Virus record (IMG/VR): IMGVR_UViG_3300049924_000079
Span: 1-61,334 of that record
Strand: one strand, 5' to 3'
DNA from: a virus
Taxonomy: Duplodnaviria; Caudoviricetes
Length of the DNA: 61,334 nucleotides
The notes under the pieces are model-generated. The model did not search any database. It had not been told where the DNA came from and was given only the letters and a program-made list of their open reading frames with translations. Position numbers and translations under genes: made by a program. Numbering within the stretch: position 1 is the stretch's first letter; each line of letters opens with the position of its first letter. Positions 18,801-28,558 of this stretch are shown one piece after another.

Positions 18801-21800
18801 GTTCTCTGGCTTGGTGAGGTTCGCTACCGTGACAGAGTGCACGCTCTCGTGCATCAGCGTCTCTTCGGACAGCCCGGTACGGCGGTTCATAAAGATAGTT
18901 TTACCCGTCTTCGAGACGCCCCCCGGAGCATCGGGCACATCCCCCGGCATATCCGTAACCAACTGCGACTTCACGTCGCCCATCATGGGCGCTATCTTTG
19001 CCGCTACACGGCGGGCTATCGGGTTTGTACTGGCGGCAGCCACCTGTGCCACTGCTGTGCGTGCGTCTCCGTTGTTGAGCGCGGATAGGGTTTTGATAGT
19101 CAGCGCAGTGTCGTTAGGCCCGAGCGTACCCCGCAGCCTGTCTACCTCTTTGGCCTTCACCTTCTCTCCGCCGCTAACGGCGCGCGCAACGCGGGAGGTC
19201 TTTTCCAGCGCCGCTTCGGACACATCGCGGGCTTTCTCCAGACGGGCCACAAAGCCGGTGTACTTCTCGATAGCCTCGGCGTCGTTGTTTTCTTGCGCCT
19301 CTTCCAGCCTAACCTGCGCCTTCTCAAGCAGTGTCTCTATTTTTGAAAGTTCTGCCATTGCTTGCTCGTTAGCGCGCATCTTCGGGGCACGCCCGCTTTG
19401 CGTGACTTTGCCACCAAGCACCGGTTTAATCAGCGGGCCTGCTTTGCGCAGCGGCAAGGAGCCTTGAGAGTTGCCTGTCGCCGCGTTGATACCGCGCTCA
19501 AGTGTCAGGCGGTTAGCGGCGTCTTGGGCTTCCTCCGCGCGTTGCTTGGGCGTGAGTATTTCGGCTTTCTTCGCCCGCTGCTGCGTTATGTTTTGCAGGC
19601 GCACTAGCGAACGGCGCTTTGTTTGTAGGGCGGTCAAGTCTTTGCGGCGCTGGTCGATCGTCTTCTTTTGTTTGCCGGGCTCTAGTATGGCTACTTTCTT
19701 TTCGTCTATCTTTACATCCACCTCTGCTATGAGGGTCGCCAGTGCTTCTTTGGCCGCCGTCGCCAGCTCGGGCTCGTTGGCTAGCGCAGCGGTGGCAATG
19801 TCTATTTCTTTGCGCAGCCCCGCCGCTTCGTACTTGTCCTTGTTACGCATTGCCGTAGAGGCAGTCGCGTCTTTGGCCCGCTCCTCCAGCTCCTGTGCAC
19901 GTTCTTGCAACTTCTCTATGTGCGCCATCGTGTCACGGGCCTGTTCAAAGCGGACGGTCGTGCCGGGGATAGCCTGCAAGCGTTCCAAGCGCGCTTGCTC
20001 TTCGATACGTGTCTGCGCATCGCGCGCCTCTCGCTGCGACTGGGCCTCTTGCGGCTTCGCCTCGACTCTGCTAGCGCTCGCGCGCTCCACCGCGTCCAGC
20101 ATCTCGCGTATCTCGGCGTCTAGCGCCGCTTGCTCGTCCGCTTTCGTTTGTAGCTCCGTAGCTATGCGCTCCGTATTACGGGCGGCAGTATTCCGCGCTT
20201 TTGTCACAACGCCTCTGGCGTGCGCTTCACCGCGTTTGTTTTCACGCTGCTCCGTTAAATACGCTTCGCTACTGCGAAGCGCGGTGTTGGCGGCATTTAA
20301 CTGGTCGCGGGCATTGTTAAGACCCTCGTTGGCACGCTCCACCGACTGTTCGGCGTCGCGCAGTCGCAGCATCAGCTCTAGGTCACGGTTCAGGAACGCA
20401 AGGATACTGCGCTCTTGTATTTGGTTGTCTGTCTTTAGGTACTGCTCAAGCCCGGCGCGGTGCGCATTTATGGCGGCAACTACGTCGGCGTATACACGTG
20501 CGGTGTCTTCCGAGGTCACTTTGCCCCCGGTACTGGCGCGGCGTAGCAGTGCTGCGTGGGCTTCCTGCGCTTGTGCGGCGGCGGCTGCCAACTGCTGCAG
20601 ATCGCTGTCGCTGCTAAATTTAGCGGTGTTCTTGGCGATGCTGTCGAGCACGTTAGCCAGTGTGTCCGCCGCTTTGGAAAGCTCCAGTTGCGCAGCAATG
20701 TACGCGGTTTGCAACGGCTGCAACTGTAGGTCTAGCTCTCGCTCTTGTGCCCGCAGGCGTTCTACGGCAGCGGCGTGTGCGGCTTGCGCGGCTTCTATCC
20801 GTTCGCCACTGGTGCGTTTTGTCGTGTCTAGTTTGTTTTGTAGGGCGACAATATCCCCCCGTAACTGCGCGGCGCGGGCCTGTAGTGGGGCCACCAGTTT
20901 GTACGCCCGCGCCGATGTTTGCAGCGCCAGCCCCACGGCTTTGCGCGACTCGTTAAGCGCATCGCTGGCCAAGAACTTTGTGAAGGCTTCGGGCGTGTCA
21001 AAGATAGCGCCGTGCGTTTCCGTGTCAGGAAACATGTCTTTTTGTATCACTTCGCGGGGGCCGAATGCCGACCATCCTAGCTCAGTGTCCGACCGCTTGC
21101 CCTGTTCGATGCGCGACAGGTGCTCCTGCACCCGCGCCTCAGCCTCGGTTGTGTCTTGTCCTATGCGTAGCTGGTGCAAGTATTTAGCCACGTCGTCTGC
21201 TGCGCGGGACGGGACAGTGCCTCTACGGCTGGGGGGCAGGGGCGTTTCGATACCTTCCTCGGCGCGCGCCAAAGCAGAGAGGTTCCGCTCTATGTCCTGC
21301 ACAACAGGATTGTCTGCAGGTGCGCGGGCTATCGCTTCGCGCAAGTCCTCTTCCGTGGTGCGCGACGATGTTATGGTGCGCTCTATGTCGGGGATGTTCT
21401 GTGAAGCCGGTAGCTGTCCCGACCCGGGTTTCCTAGACCCTGCCAACGCCGCATACGCCCGCTGCCCGCGCCACTCCGCCAGTAACTGCTTTAGCTTTTC
21501 TGGATTTGTACGCCGCTCTTTAAGGGCTTGTTGTATCTCTGCGCGGACTACGTCCTCCGTACGCGAAGGTATCCCGGGGGACACGGCGCGGGTGTCTGTA
21601 CCGCGCGGGACTTCCTGCCGTGCAATGGCGCTGTCAAAATCGCGTATCTCGTCTATCTTGGCGCGTATCTGCTCGCGAAGGTCTTGCTGTACAACCCCGG
21701 TGCCGCGCTGCGCGCGCGCAGTGTCAAGGCGTTTCGTCAGTTCTTTAACTTGGGCCACCAGTTCTTCGCGCGTAGCTTCCCGGCGCTGGGTAGTGGCGGC

Positions 21801-24098
21801 GGAGGTGTACTGCACCGGGGCCGCCTGTAGCGGCAATACGCGCTGCTCGGTCACATTAAGCGGGAGCGCCGCTCGCTCCATTGCGTCTATCTCCGACTGT
21901 GCCTGCCGCTCTTGGCGGGCCTCACCTGCATACCGGGGGCGCTCGTTTGGGCGGTTGCGCAGCCACGCCTCTTCCGCAACAACGTTCTCTCTACGCTTAC
22001 GCGCGGCGTCCTTCCCCTGCGCCATGTCGGCGGCCAACGCTTCGGTGCGCTGGGCGCTTGCCCCCTCTTCTTTGCGCAGGTTCTGCTCGCCCAAGATGCC
22101 TGTGTCAAGCTGTTTTTCCAGCTTCTCCAGTTGTTTGGCGTTGCGCGTGATGGCAGCGTGGTCACCCTCCTCGGCGTTGACACGTAGGGCTTCTTTGATC
22201 TCGTCGATCTTGGCCACCACTGCCGCTTGGTCAGGGCTAGGTGCTTGGTGCTCCGTAAAGCCCAAATCCTTGAGCTGCTTTTCAGCGGCGGCTAACTGCT
22301 GCGTAGCAGTTGCGATCTGTGCGTCTGCTGCTCTAATCCCGGCAACGTCCGCGTTTGCGGCAGCGGCAATGCGCTTTTGGTTGAAATTGGCAACATGGTT
22401 CTGGAGCGTGCGCACCTCGGCTTGCGCGTCCAGTAGGGGCTTCACCTGTGCGTACGCCTCCGCTTTTGGGGCTAGCACATCCCGCTCGAACGCCGCTACC
22501 TGCCCCCGTACCGTGGGGTCTTGCGCAGCGGCGGCTTTCAACTGAGCGAACTGCGCTTCGGCAGCCTTGTAGTCCTGTGCTATTTGGGTAGCATACGCGG
22601 GGTCTTGTGCTTGGCGGGCTTTGAGCTGCGCCATAGCAGCTTGTTGGGCTTGTACGTCCGCCGGTGTCGCGGCAGTCACTGCCGGGGCCTGTAGCGGTTC
22701 GCCAAACAAGTCACGCGGCTGTGCAGCGTCTTGCTCTTGCTGGGCCTTAAGTTGTGCGGCGGCCTCTTGCTCTTGCTGAGCCTTGAGCTGTGCAGCGGCC
22801 TCTTGTTGTGCTTGCGCGTCCAGTAGGGGCTTCACCTGTAGGTACGCCTCGGCCTTGGGCTTGAGCACGTCCGTCTCGAACGCCGCTAGCTTCTCCCGCG
22901 CCTGTTTAGCCAATAGCCTGTCCGCCATGCTGGCGTCTTTACCTACCTTAGCGGCGGCTTTCAACTGGGCGAACTGCGCTTCGGCAGCCTTGTAGTCCTG
23001 TGCTACCTGCGCGGCATACGCGGGGTCTTGCATCTTGGCTTGCTGTGCAGCGGCCTCTTGCTCTTGCTGAGCCTTGAGCTGCTGGGCTTGTTCCTGCTTG
23101 GCGCGAACTTCGTGTCCGAGGACTTCGCTGCGCGCGGCCCCCTTATCCGCGAAACGCCCAGCAACTCCTAAAGGCCCGGACAACGCCGCTTGGTATGCCG
23201 TATCTTTGTATTCCTTAAGCGCCTCTGCATCGGTCAGTGACAGCCCGGCTTGCGCACGCTCCAGCATCTGTTGCACGACTTCGGTGGGCGTCTCCGCGAG
23301 GATACCGACACCTGTGCCCTTGGCCACGCTCATTGCCAAGCCTTCTTTGGCGAGCCGCTCCGCAGCTGCTGGGTTCTTTATTGCGGCGATACCCAGCTTG
23401 GGGCCGAGAACGCGCTTAGCTGTGCCCAAGAAAGGCAATAGATTGCCTACAGTGTCTAACGCACCAGAAGCGGCGGCAGCTCCAGTTGCTGCGACCATAT
23501 TAACAGGGGCGTCTGGATTCTCCTGTACTTGGCGCTGAACGTTGGCTCCCTGCGATGCTAAAAAACCGGGAAGGAATGCGCCCCCCAAACCGCCGACGAT
23601 AGCGCCTATCGCAGTGCCCGGCCCCGGCGCTATTAAAGACCCGCCAGCCCCTCCTATTTTGGCACCCGCGTACCCGGAAGCCCACGTAGCTCCTAGGTTA
23701 GGTATTTGCTGGGCAATAGCGTGAGGGGCCTGCCTGATAATTTCTTTTGCACCGCCGAATAGACCGTCTTTGTCGTAGGCTGCGCCGACTTTATCCATAC
23801 CGACCTCGTCGGCGTACCGGCGCTGGATGCCTTCACTGCGCTTGATCCCTTCTTGGCCCGCCTGCCGCGCATCGCCGGTAAAGGACTTGTACCCAGTACG
23901 GACACTGGACTCTAGCTGCTCAAGCCCTTGCTTGGCGCTAGCAAGGATCCCGGACTCGGGTTTATTAGCTGGAGAGGCTTTTTGCCCCATTAGCTCGGGG
24001 CGCTTAGCTGCTATCTGCCTTGCCGCTTCCTTCGGGTCTATATTGTCGGGGATGCCGTCAACAGTGGAGCCGTCAGGAAGCTGGATGGAATAAGGCAT
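15882..24098 (-). CDS. Giant internal virion/ejection polyvalent protein (2738 aa; zincin-like HExxH domain, LPD38-like C-terminal region)
   Basis: N-terminal G/A-rich membrane-like segments, long coiled coil, TLMHESVH...AEFVAE, EAYK..PE.K.GNWF..LRIPVPFELG; last gene of the virion operon. Confidence 0.8.
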   Translation of the reverse strand: MPYSIQLPDGSTVDGIPDNIDPKEAARQIAAKRPELMGQKASPANKPESGILASAKQGLEQLESSVRTGYKSFTGDARQAGQEGIKRSEGIQRRYADEVGMDKVGAAYDKDGLFGGAKEIIRQAPHAIAQQIPNLGATWASGYAGAKIGGAGGSLIAPGPGTAIGAIVGGLGGAFLPGFLASQGANVQRQVQENPDAPVNMVAATGAAAASGALDTVGNLLPFLGTAKRVLGPKLGIAAIKNPAAAERLAKEGLAMSVAKGTGVGILAETPTEVVQQMLERAQAGLSLTDAEALKEYKDTAYQAALSGPLGVAGRFADKGAARSEVLGHEVRAKQEQAQQLKAQQEQEAAAQQAKMQDPAYAAQVAQDYKAAEAQFAQLKAAAKVGKDASMADRLLAKQAREKLAAFETDVLKPKAEAYLQVKPLLDAQAQQEAAAQLKAQQEQEAAAQLKAQQEQDAAQPRDLFGEPLQAPAVTAATPADVQAQQAAMAQLKARQAQDPAYATQIAQDYKAAEAQFAQLKAAAAQDPTVRGQVAAFERDVLAPKAEAYAQVKPLLDAQAEVRTLQNHVANFNQKRIAAAANADVAGIRAADAQIATATQQLAAAEKQLKDLGFTEHQAPSPDQAAVVAKIDEIKEALRVNAEEGDHAAITRNAKQLEKLEKQLDTGILGEQNLRKEEGASAQRTEALAADMAQGKDAARKRRENVVAEEAWLRNRPNERPRYAGEARQERQAQSEIDAMERAALPLNVTEQRVLPLQAAPVQYTSAATTQRREATREELVAQVKELTKRLDTARAQRGTGVVQQDLREQIRAKIDEIRDFDSAIARQEVPRGTDTRAVSPGIPSRTEDVVRAEIQQALKERRTNPEKLKQLLAEWRGQRAYAALAGSRKPGSGQLPASQNIPDIERTITSSRTTEEDLREAIARAPADNPVVQDIERNLSALARAEEGIETPLPPSRRGTVPSRAADDVAKYLHQLRIGQDTTEAEARVQEHLSRIEQGKRSDTELGWSAFGPREVIQKDMFPDTETHGAIFDTPEAFTKFLASDALNESRKAVGLALQTSARAYKLVAPLQARAAQLRGDIVALQNKLDTTKRTSGERIEAAQAAHAAAVERLRAQERELDLQLQPLQTAYIAAQLELSKAADTLANVLDSIAKNTAKFSSDSDLQQLAAAAAQAQEAHAALLRRASTGGKVTSEDTARVYADVVAAINAHRAGLEQYLKTDNQIQERSILAFLNRDLELMLRLRDAEQSVERANEGLNNARDQLNAANTALRSSEAYLTEQRENKRGEAHARGVVTKARNTAARNTERIATELQTKADEQAALDAEIREMLDAVERASASRVEAKPQEAQSQREARDAQTRIEEQARLERLQAIPGTTVRFEQARDTMAHIEKLQERAQELEERAKDATASTAMRNKDKYEAAGLRKEIDIATAALANEPELATAAKEALATLIAEVDVKIDEKKVAILEPGKQKKTIDQRRKDLTALQTKRRSLVRLQNITQQRAKKAEILTPKQRAEEAQDAANRLTLERGINAATGNSQGSLPLRKAGPLIKPVLGGKVTQSGRAPKMRANEQAMAELSKIETLLEKAQVRLEEAQENNDAEAIEKYTGFVARLEKARDVSEAALEKTSRVARAVSGGEKVKAKEVDRLRGTLGPNDTALTIKTLSALNNGDARTAVAQVAAASTNPIARRVAAKIAPMMGDVKSQLVTDMPGDVPDAPGGVSKTGKTIFMNRRTGLSEETLMHESVHSVTVANLTKPENQLTPDQLAAKRELEDMHAALMQLPEFDNTVIRDGDLAEFVAEGHASRPVQALMAKTPWSGATGGKNMLQRFWQNILRLIGVNTPPKGPMLDKFLALSEKFMQAPAPTTASTAVKDATAPARLRATAEPGSARETIDLIVARDKSWWDKLRGAASGLYWETALVDRFAGLERVSKVMEALRGSQMMYYFRMYDQRNTLLSVAATVGVPQRVEKLRKDGRKQYLIEGVEGANLRDIGKTLSAAPIKDKKFVSQLFTGYLAAIRAKNKGIETLNFGVDKNGQPIITPAKLAAIMQEVENTPGLEDVFKDARKQYNEYNRNLIKLLEQSGVVTKEQAARLVAQDDYVPYYREDNGVVSLLIGSESPIRIGNMKEQPHLQELVGGDRPILDWTTSAIQNTSMILDTALNNMATRNAAYELQDMGMATIGDGHTVDGNTIIKFYVNGEKKFARVDTPEGIPADLLVKGMAGIPTQLSGVVRLLAMPAQLLRKAVTISPVYQARAVVRDSMGAALGSGANIIPIYSALKEINSKNKAILNNRGITGGQVFTGTSDDMAVVLREITAGKPGWLNVLAKMEAMGREADALTRRAQYNSYIEQGMDEMEATLQTLESMNFSKRGASPSMHIANALIPFLNAQVQSLNVLYKSFRGQMPNNERLNIRGKLLARGTLLAATSLVYAAAMEDDEAYKDALPEQKYGNWFVRVPGVDEPLRIPVPFELGYIFKSVPEALYNSMTDKHGGDEAVKAFKTILWNTVPGGSSYFLPQAVKPLIEVGTGTSMFTGRPILSRLEQSMEKPFQFREKTTELAKAAGQITGASPIMMEHILNGYTSSTGMFVLSAIDSLMPTGDGPEKATRRMSSMPMFGGVFQPNNAGAIINDTYDKMGEFVQFKKTVDGLLDKGEKAKAMQLLKEREKEYAGADVGEAFMQKMGSLAKAARAIRASDRTAAEKDALLAKVDAYRRELATSYREVYGQIKGE

Positions 24099-24103
24099 TT
24101 TTG

Positions 24104-26446
24104 CTACTTTATAAGGTCATTGAAATCGTACTTAGCGCCAGAAGGCGATGCTGCTGCCATTGTACTGTCTGTGTAGTACTTTCTCAATAGCGGGTTGCGG
24201 ATAGCCGCCGCATACACTGCGGCGTCGAGCTGTTGCTGCTGCTCTGCTAGAGGCTTCATGCCGAACATGGGGTCGCTTTTCTGTAGCTGTGCGGATGCCG
24301 CGTTCTGTATCTTGGTCATTTCTCTCATGGCAGTTTCGTCCATCTTGAGCCCGCCTGCGCCGCCCCGTCCCCCGGCACCCCCTGCGGCCGCCATATTGCG
24401 ATAGTGCTGTCCCTGCTGATTAGCCTCCTGCTGTCTTATAGCAAGCTGTTTCAAATTGAAGTCGTAGTCCTGTGCCGCCTTCGCGGCCTGCATTGCAAGC
24501 TGCGCTGCGGTAGCTTTCTCCGCGCGGTGTTGTGCGTACAGGGCCGTTGTCTCCTTGAGGTTCCCCAAGCGCTCCATCCGCTTGGCCTGTTTGAGGGTGT
24601 CGTCGGCCTGTTGGTTCGCCTTGAGCGCGGCTTGGTCGAGTTTCTTGGCTTGTTGTATGCTCCCCAGCCCGGCACCCAGTCCTTTCGTTGCCGCTGTCAG
24701 TATGCTTTCGCCTTGTCCGCCCGCCGCTGCCATTGCAAGTCCGCCGTGCATAAGCGCGTCCCAAAAATGGCCTTTCTCGCGGGCTTTGATTTCAGCGCGC
24801 TCGGCTCTGTTCTGGTCTTGATACTGCTTGTAGGCGCTATCAATCTCGGCGTTGCCCTCTTTGGCCAGCTCGTTCCTGCGCCGCACCATGCTCTCGTAGT
24901 CTTCGACTTGAAAGTCCACAGGGGACGCCTTTGCCGACGTGGTGGTAGCCGTGGCTTCCTTGGCGCTAAGTATGCCGGGCAGCCCGGGGGTCGCACCCGT
25001 GCGTGCGCTTGGTTTTGTGCCAGCCGCCACGGTGCTAGCGGCAGTTCTGCGCGCTGCGGGGGCGGAGGGTGTTGTGGCTACGGGTGTTGCGCTTTGCGCA
25101 GCCACGGGTGTGGGTACTGCGGCGGCTACTGGTGTTGGCGCACTGGCCCGTGTGTCTTTTCGCGACCCTCTTGCCGACTCGTCTACGTAGGGGGCGTCCG
25201 CAGGCGCACCGGCTCCCTTGTATATTGCTTCGCGCCGCGCGCGCTCAGCAGGCGTCACGGCTTCCCAAGGCGCTACCCACGCCAGTCTCCTTTGGCGCGC
25301 TGCCTCGGTGCCCTCACGGAGGCGTTCTTGATCGACTTGTCTGTCCGCGACTCTTTGTTCTTGTGCGGCGAGCTGCCCGCGCCACCACTTGCCGATAGTG
25401 CTTTCTGCTGGGCCGTCCTCTTCCGGCGGCACGCTGCTGCCACTACTACCGTCAAACCCGATAATGCCGCCGTCCGCGTACTCCTCTTGGGCACTGGGCA
25501 GCGCGGCCAAACCACCAGCGCGTATCTGCGCACGTCGCTGCATCTCCTGCCGGATAGTCTGCGGGTCATACTTGCCCGACTTTGCCAACTGCTGTAGCTG
25601 CGCGTCCGACATTTTTGTCAGCATCGCTTGCAGTTCCAAGTCATTGGGCGCGCCTATTACACCGCCGTCGGCGTAGCCCCTAATCGTGCCGCCATCCTTC
25701 TTACCCAGCGCGCCCAGTCCTGCCGTGATAAGCCCTGCGGTTTGCGCGGTGTTGTTCGGCGCTTGCCCGTACTGTTGGTTTATGGAGGATGTGCCGCTGC
25801 CCGACAAGATGTCCTTCATGAAGCCCAAGTCTTTGTATGGCTGCTGCTTCTGTGTCAGAAAGTCTTGGTACTGTTGATTCAGGTTCTGCTGGACGTTGGC
25901 CTGCTGCTGCGTACCCATAGCGTTCTGTAGCCGGGCTACGTCTTGCGTCTGGCCCACCCCGGTGTTGTACTGGGATGCGGCGCGATCGAACGCGCTTTGG
26001 GAACCTCTGGCCTGTATGTCATCCAGATTCTGCCCTAGATTGCGTTCACGCTCGCTGCGTACAAGCGCATCGCGGTACCCACCAAAGCCTCCGGCTTGCG
26101 CTGCGCGGGCCTGATCCGTTTGACCTTGTATGTCAGACAGGCGTGTAGCTTCCCGTTTCTGGATGTCTGTTACGTTCTGCTGGTACGGCGACATGTACTG
26201 CCCCACAGCCGCGCCGAACGCGGCGGGGCCTGTCTGCATCCCGCCCATTGTGTTGTACGACTGCGTCTGCAGTGCCGATGCATCTGCCGTTCGCTGCCCC
26301 GAATACGTTTGGTAAGGAGTGCTAGTCAGCGCCTCCGCCTTACCCATGAGCCGTTCCATGTACGGCTGCCCGTACTCCGGCACATTAGACGTGTTCGTAG
26401 TTGTATTTGTTGGGCCTCCACCGCCCCCGCCGCCTCCACCGCACAT
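24104..26446 (-). CDS. Internal virion (DNA ejection/pilot-like) protein
   Basis: MCGGGGG N-terminus, Q-rich YMSPYQQNV..AGGFGG, AAGGAG RBS; located before the giant ejection gene. Confidence 0.7.
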   Translation of the reverse strand: MCGGGGGGGGGPTNTTTNTSNVPEYGQPYMERLMGKAEALTSTPYQTYSGQRTADASALQTQSYNTMGGMQTGPAAFGAAVGQYMSPYQQNVTDIQKREATRLSDIQGQTDQARAAQAGGFGGYRDALVRSERERNLGQNLDDIQARGSQSAFDRAASQYNTGVGQTQDVARLQNAMGTQQQANVQQNLNQQYQDFLTQKQQPYKDLGFMKDILSGSGTSSINQQYGQAPNNTAQTAGLITAGLGALGKKDGGTIRGYADGGVIGAPNDLELQAMLTKMSDAQLQQLAKSGKYDPQTIRQEMQRRAQIRAGGLAALPSAQEEYADGGIIGFDGSSGSSVPPEEDGPAESTIGKWWRGQLAAQEQRVADRQVDQERLREGTEAARQRRLAWVAPWEAVTPAERARREAIYKGAGAPADAPYVDESARGSRKDTRASAPTPVAAAVPTPVAAQSATPVATTPSAPAARRTAASTVAAGTKPSARTGATPGLPGILSAKEATATTTSAKASPVDFQVEDYESMVRRRNELAKEGNAEIDSAYKQYQDQNRAERAEIKAREKGHFWDALMHGGLAMAAAGGQGESILTAATKGLGAGLGSIQQAKKLDQAALKANQQADDTLKQAKRMERLGNLKETTALYAQHRAEKATAAQLAMQAAKAAQDYDFNLKQLAIRQQEANQQGQHYRNMAAAGGAGGRGGAGGLKMDETAMREMTKIQNAASAQLQKSDPMFGMKPLAEQQQQLDAAVYAAAIRNPLLRKYYTDSTMAAASPSGAKYDFNDLIK

Positions 26447-26456
26447 ATTGTTCTCC

Positions 26457-26924
26457 TTAGAAGTTGTAGCGCATTGACGTGGCTATACTTTTGAACCCCA
26501 TACGAGCCCACAGTTTTGCCACACGCAAGTCAGTCACCGCATTAACGTCGAGGCGTTTAACCCCCCGTGCTTTCAGATCGTCAAGAATCGCGCGCACAAA
26601 CTTCTTGCCAACGCCGTTACGGTGCGTCTTGGTTATGAACAGCACGTCCTCGTACGCCACCAGATCGCGGTTGTGCATGTCCTCATACACGTAAATAAGA
26701 GCGTGCCCCACCGGCACTCCGGCAAGCCGCACCAGATACGTGCTCAGTCGCCCCTCAGCTACCGCCTGAAAATAGGCATCCAACCGGGGGTTGTAGTCGG
26801 ACATGTACAGGCCCTGCCCCTCCAAGCGTGCGGTCATCTCCGCATAGTGCTCCTTGCACAGGTGCTCTATCTCAGGGTATACCGCGCGTAAGTCCGCGCT
26901 CAGGAATTCGTACTCCGCGCTCAT
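26457..26924 (-). CDS. GNAT-fold acetyltransferase-like protein
   Basis: PVGHAL..EDVLFITKTHRNGVGKKF..LKARGV..LWARMGF. Confidence 0.75.
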   Translation of the reverse strand: MSAEYEFLSADLRAVYPEIEHLCKEHYAEMTARLEGQGLYMSDYNPRLDAYFQAVAEGRLSTYLVRLAGVPVGHALIYVYEDMHNRDLVAYEDVLFITKTHRNGVGKKFVRAILDDLKARGVKRLDVNAVTDLRVAKLWARMGFKSIATSMRYNF

Positions 26925-28516
26925 GCTGGTAGCAGTTTACGGGCCTTGGCATCCACCGCGACTTTGCCTTTGCCTACGGTTTTACTGCGGCGTTTCTGAA
27001 TGCGGTCGAGCATGGCGTAGAGCTGGCGTGTCCCTGCTTCGGTGGAGCCGTTGCCGAGCTCGGAAACAATGCGTGCAGGAACTACGAATTCACCATCCGC
27101 CAGTTTCGCGGGGCGTTTGCCGTTGATAACCGCCGGGATGCTATCTGAAACGCCGTCTCCGGGGCCGCGCAACGCCTGCCCGCCATCCGAGTAGTTCCCC
27201 AGTGTGCCGCCTTTTGCAAGCGCGGTAATACCGCCGCGCGACATCTTCTGGCGCATCTGCTGGTTTGCCGCTGAGACGTACCTATCGTCTGTTGAAGGCG
27301 TGTATGTGGGCACTTGGCCGCCGTTGGCTAGGGGTGCTGCGCCGTCTTTTAGCACGTACTCCCCGGTGTCGTAGTCGTAATGCGAGTACGGGTTTTCACC
27401 TTTGGTGTTTTTGAGTTTTAGCTGTTGCGCTAGCTGTTCAAACAGCCCCACCCCCCCTCCGGCAAAAAACCCCGGCACTTGGCCGCCGTTGGCTAGGGGC
27501 GTCACTTCTCCGGGCGTCCATGTGTCGTTGAAGTACCTGCGCTCTCCTTGGCCGACGTATTCGGACATAGGTGCGCTTCGGTCTAGGCTGTACGGGCGCA
27601 TGTGTCCTTTGCCTCTGCTGCCTTGCTGAGTGCCAGTCGCTTGTTCGTCCCCGCCCATAAGCAACGGGGACAGGGCCATAAGGCCCATCTTGGCGGTCTC
27701 TTTACCGCCGTCCATGTTCGCGAGGTACGCATCGCGCCCTTGCTCAGTGCCAAGGCCTTCTATACCAGAAGTGGTTTTGTCCCAGTTCCTAGCGGCTAAG
27801 TCCATGCGGTCTACCGGCGCACTGATACCCAGTGTTTCAGCGGAGTTAGGCAGTGCGGCAAGCCCTTGGCTTTGCGCGGGAGCGGCGAGGCCAGCGTCAA
27901 GTCCGGCAGTCATTGTTGGCTGTACCGTAAGCCCTGTGCCTCCGCCCATCTCCGCCAGACCTGCGCCTCCGTAGCCGCCGAGCCCGCTGCCCGCACCGAT
28001 ACTAGCGTCTAGTGCTGGCTGTGCGATAAGCCCGGTACCTCCGCCCATCCCCGCTACTGTCGCAGGTGCTGCCCCTACTGCGCCCGCTCCTGCCGTTGCT
28101 GCCCCGGTGCTAGCCGCATTCGCAGCTGCTGCCTCGGACGCCGCTGTGCCCATAGTCTGTGCCCCAAAACCTGCGGCCAAATTGGCCCCGCCGTACGCAC
28201 CCAGCCCTGCTGTGAGCCCCTTGCCCAAGTCTCCCGTAGCTGCAGTTGTCATCCCGCCGATAGCCGCTGCAGTAATCCACGGAGGAATACCGAACATCAT
28301 GCCCGCAGCGCCGCCCAGCATGGGGAGTATTTTTCCCAAAACGGATGCTTCCGGGAGTCCTGTTTCGGGGTTTATCGTCAGTGATGTGCCGTGGGTTCTT
28401 GCGATCCGCTGCAGCGCGGCGACCTCGTCGGGGGTCATATGCACGAGCGTGCTGTCTCCGTTACGGCCCTTGGCCGCTAGTGCGGCAATTCCGCGAGAAG
28501 TTTTAGTGTGCTGCAT
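26921..28516 (-). CDS. Internal virion protein
   Basis: GRNGDSTLVHM..SLTINPETGLPEA, Gly/Ala-rich core, GPGDGVSDSIPA..LADGEFVVPA. Confidence 0.7.
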   Translation of the reverse strand: MQHTKTSRGIAALAAKGRNGDSTLVHMTPDEVAALQRIARTHGTSLTINPETGLPEASVLGKILPMLGGAAGMMFGIPPWITAAAIGGMTTAATGDLGKGLTAGLGAYGGANLAAGFGAQTMGTAASEAAAANAASTGAATAGAGAVGAAPATVAGMGGGTGLIAQPALDASIGAGSGLGGYGGAGLAEMGGGTGLTVQPTMTAGLDAGLAAPAQSQGLAALPNSAETLGISAPVDRMDLAARNWDKTTSGIEGLGTEQGRDAYLANMDGGKETAKMGLMALSPLLMGGDEQATGTQQGSRGKGHMRPYSLDRSAPMSEYVGQGERRYFNDTWTPGEVTPLANGGQVPGFFAGGGVGLFEQLAQQLKLKNTKGENPYSHYDYDTGEYVLKDGAAPLANGGQVPTYTPSTDDRYVSAANQQMRQKMSRGGITALAKGGTLGNYSDGGQALRGPGDGVSDSIPAVINGKRPAKLADGEFVVPARIVSELGNGSTEAGTRQLYAMLDRIQKRRSKTVGKGKVAVDAKARKLLPA

Positions 28517-28558
28517 GGGAGGGCCTCCAATAAATACCGGTAGCGTAATGGTACCGTA

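Noticed and set aside
19471-22545. 1024-aa ORF on the + strand
   Set aside because: Antisense shadow of the Ala/Gln/Glu-rich ejection gene; Ser/Cys/Arg-rich, no RBS or motifs
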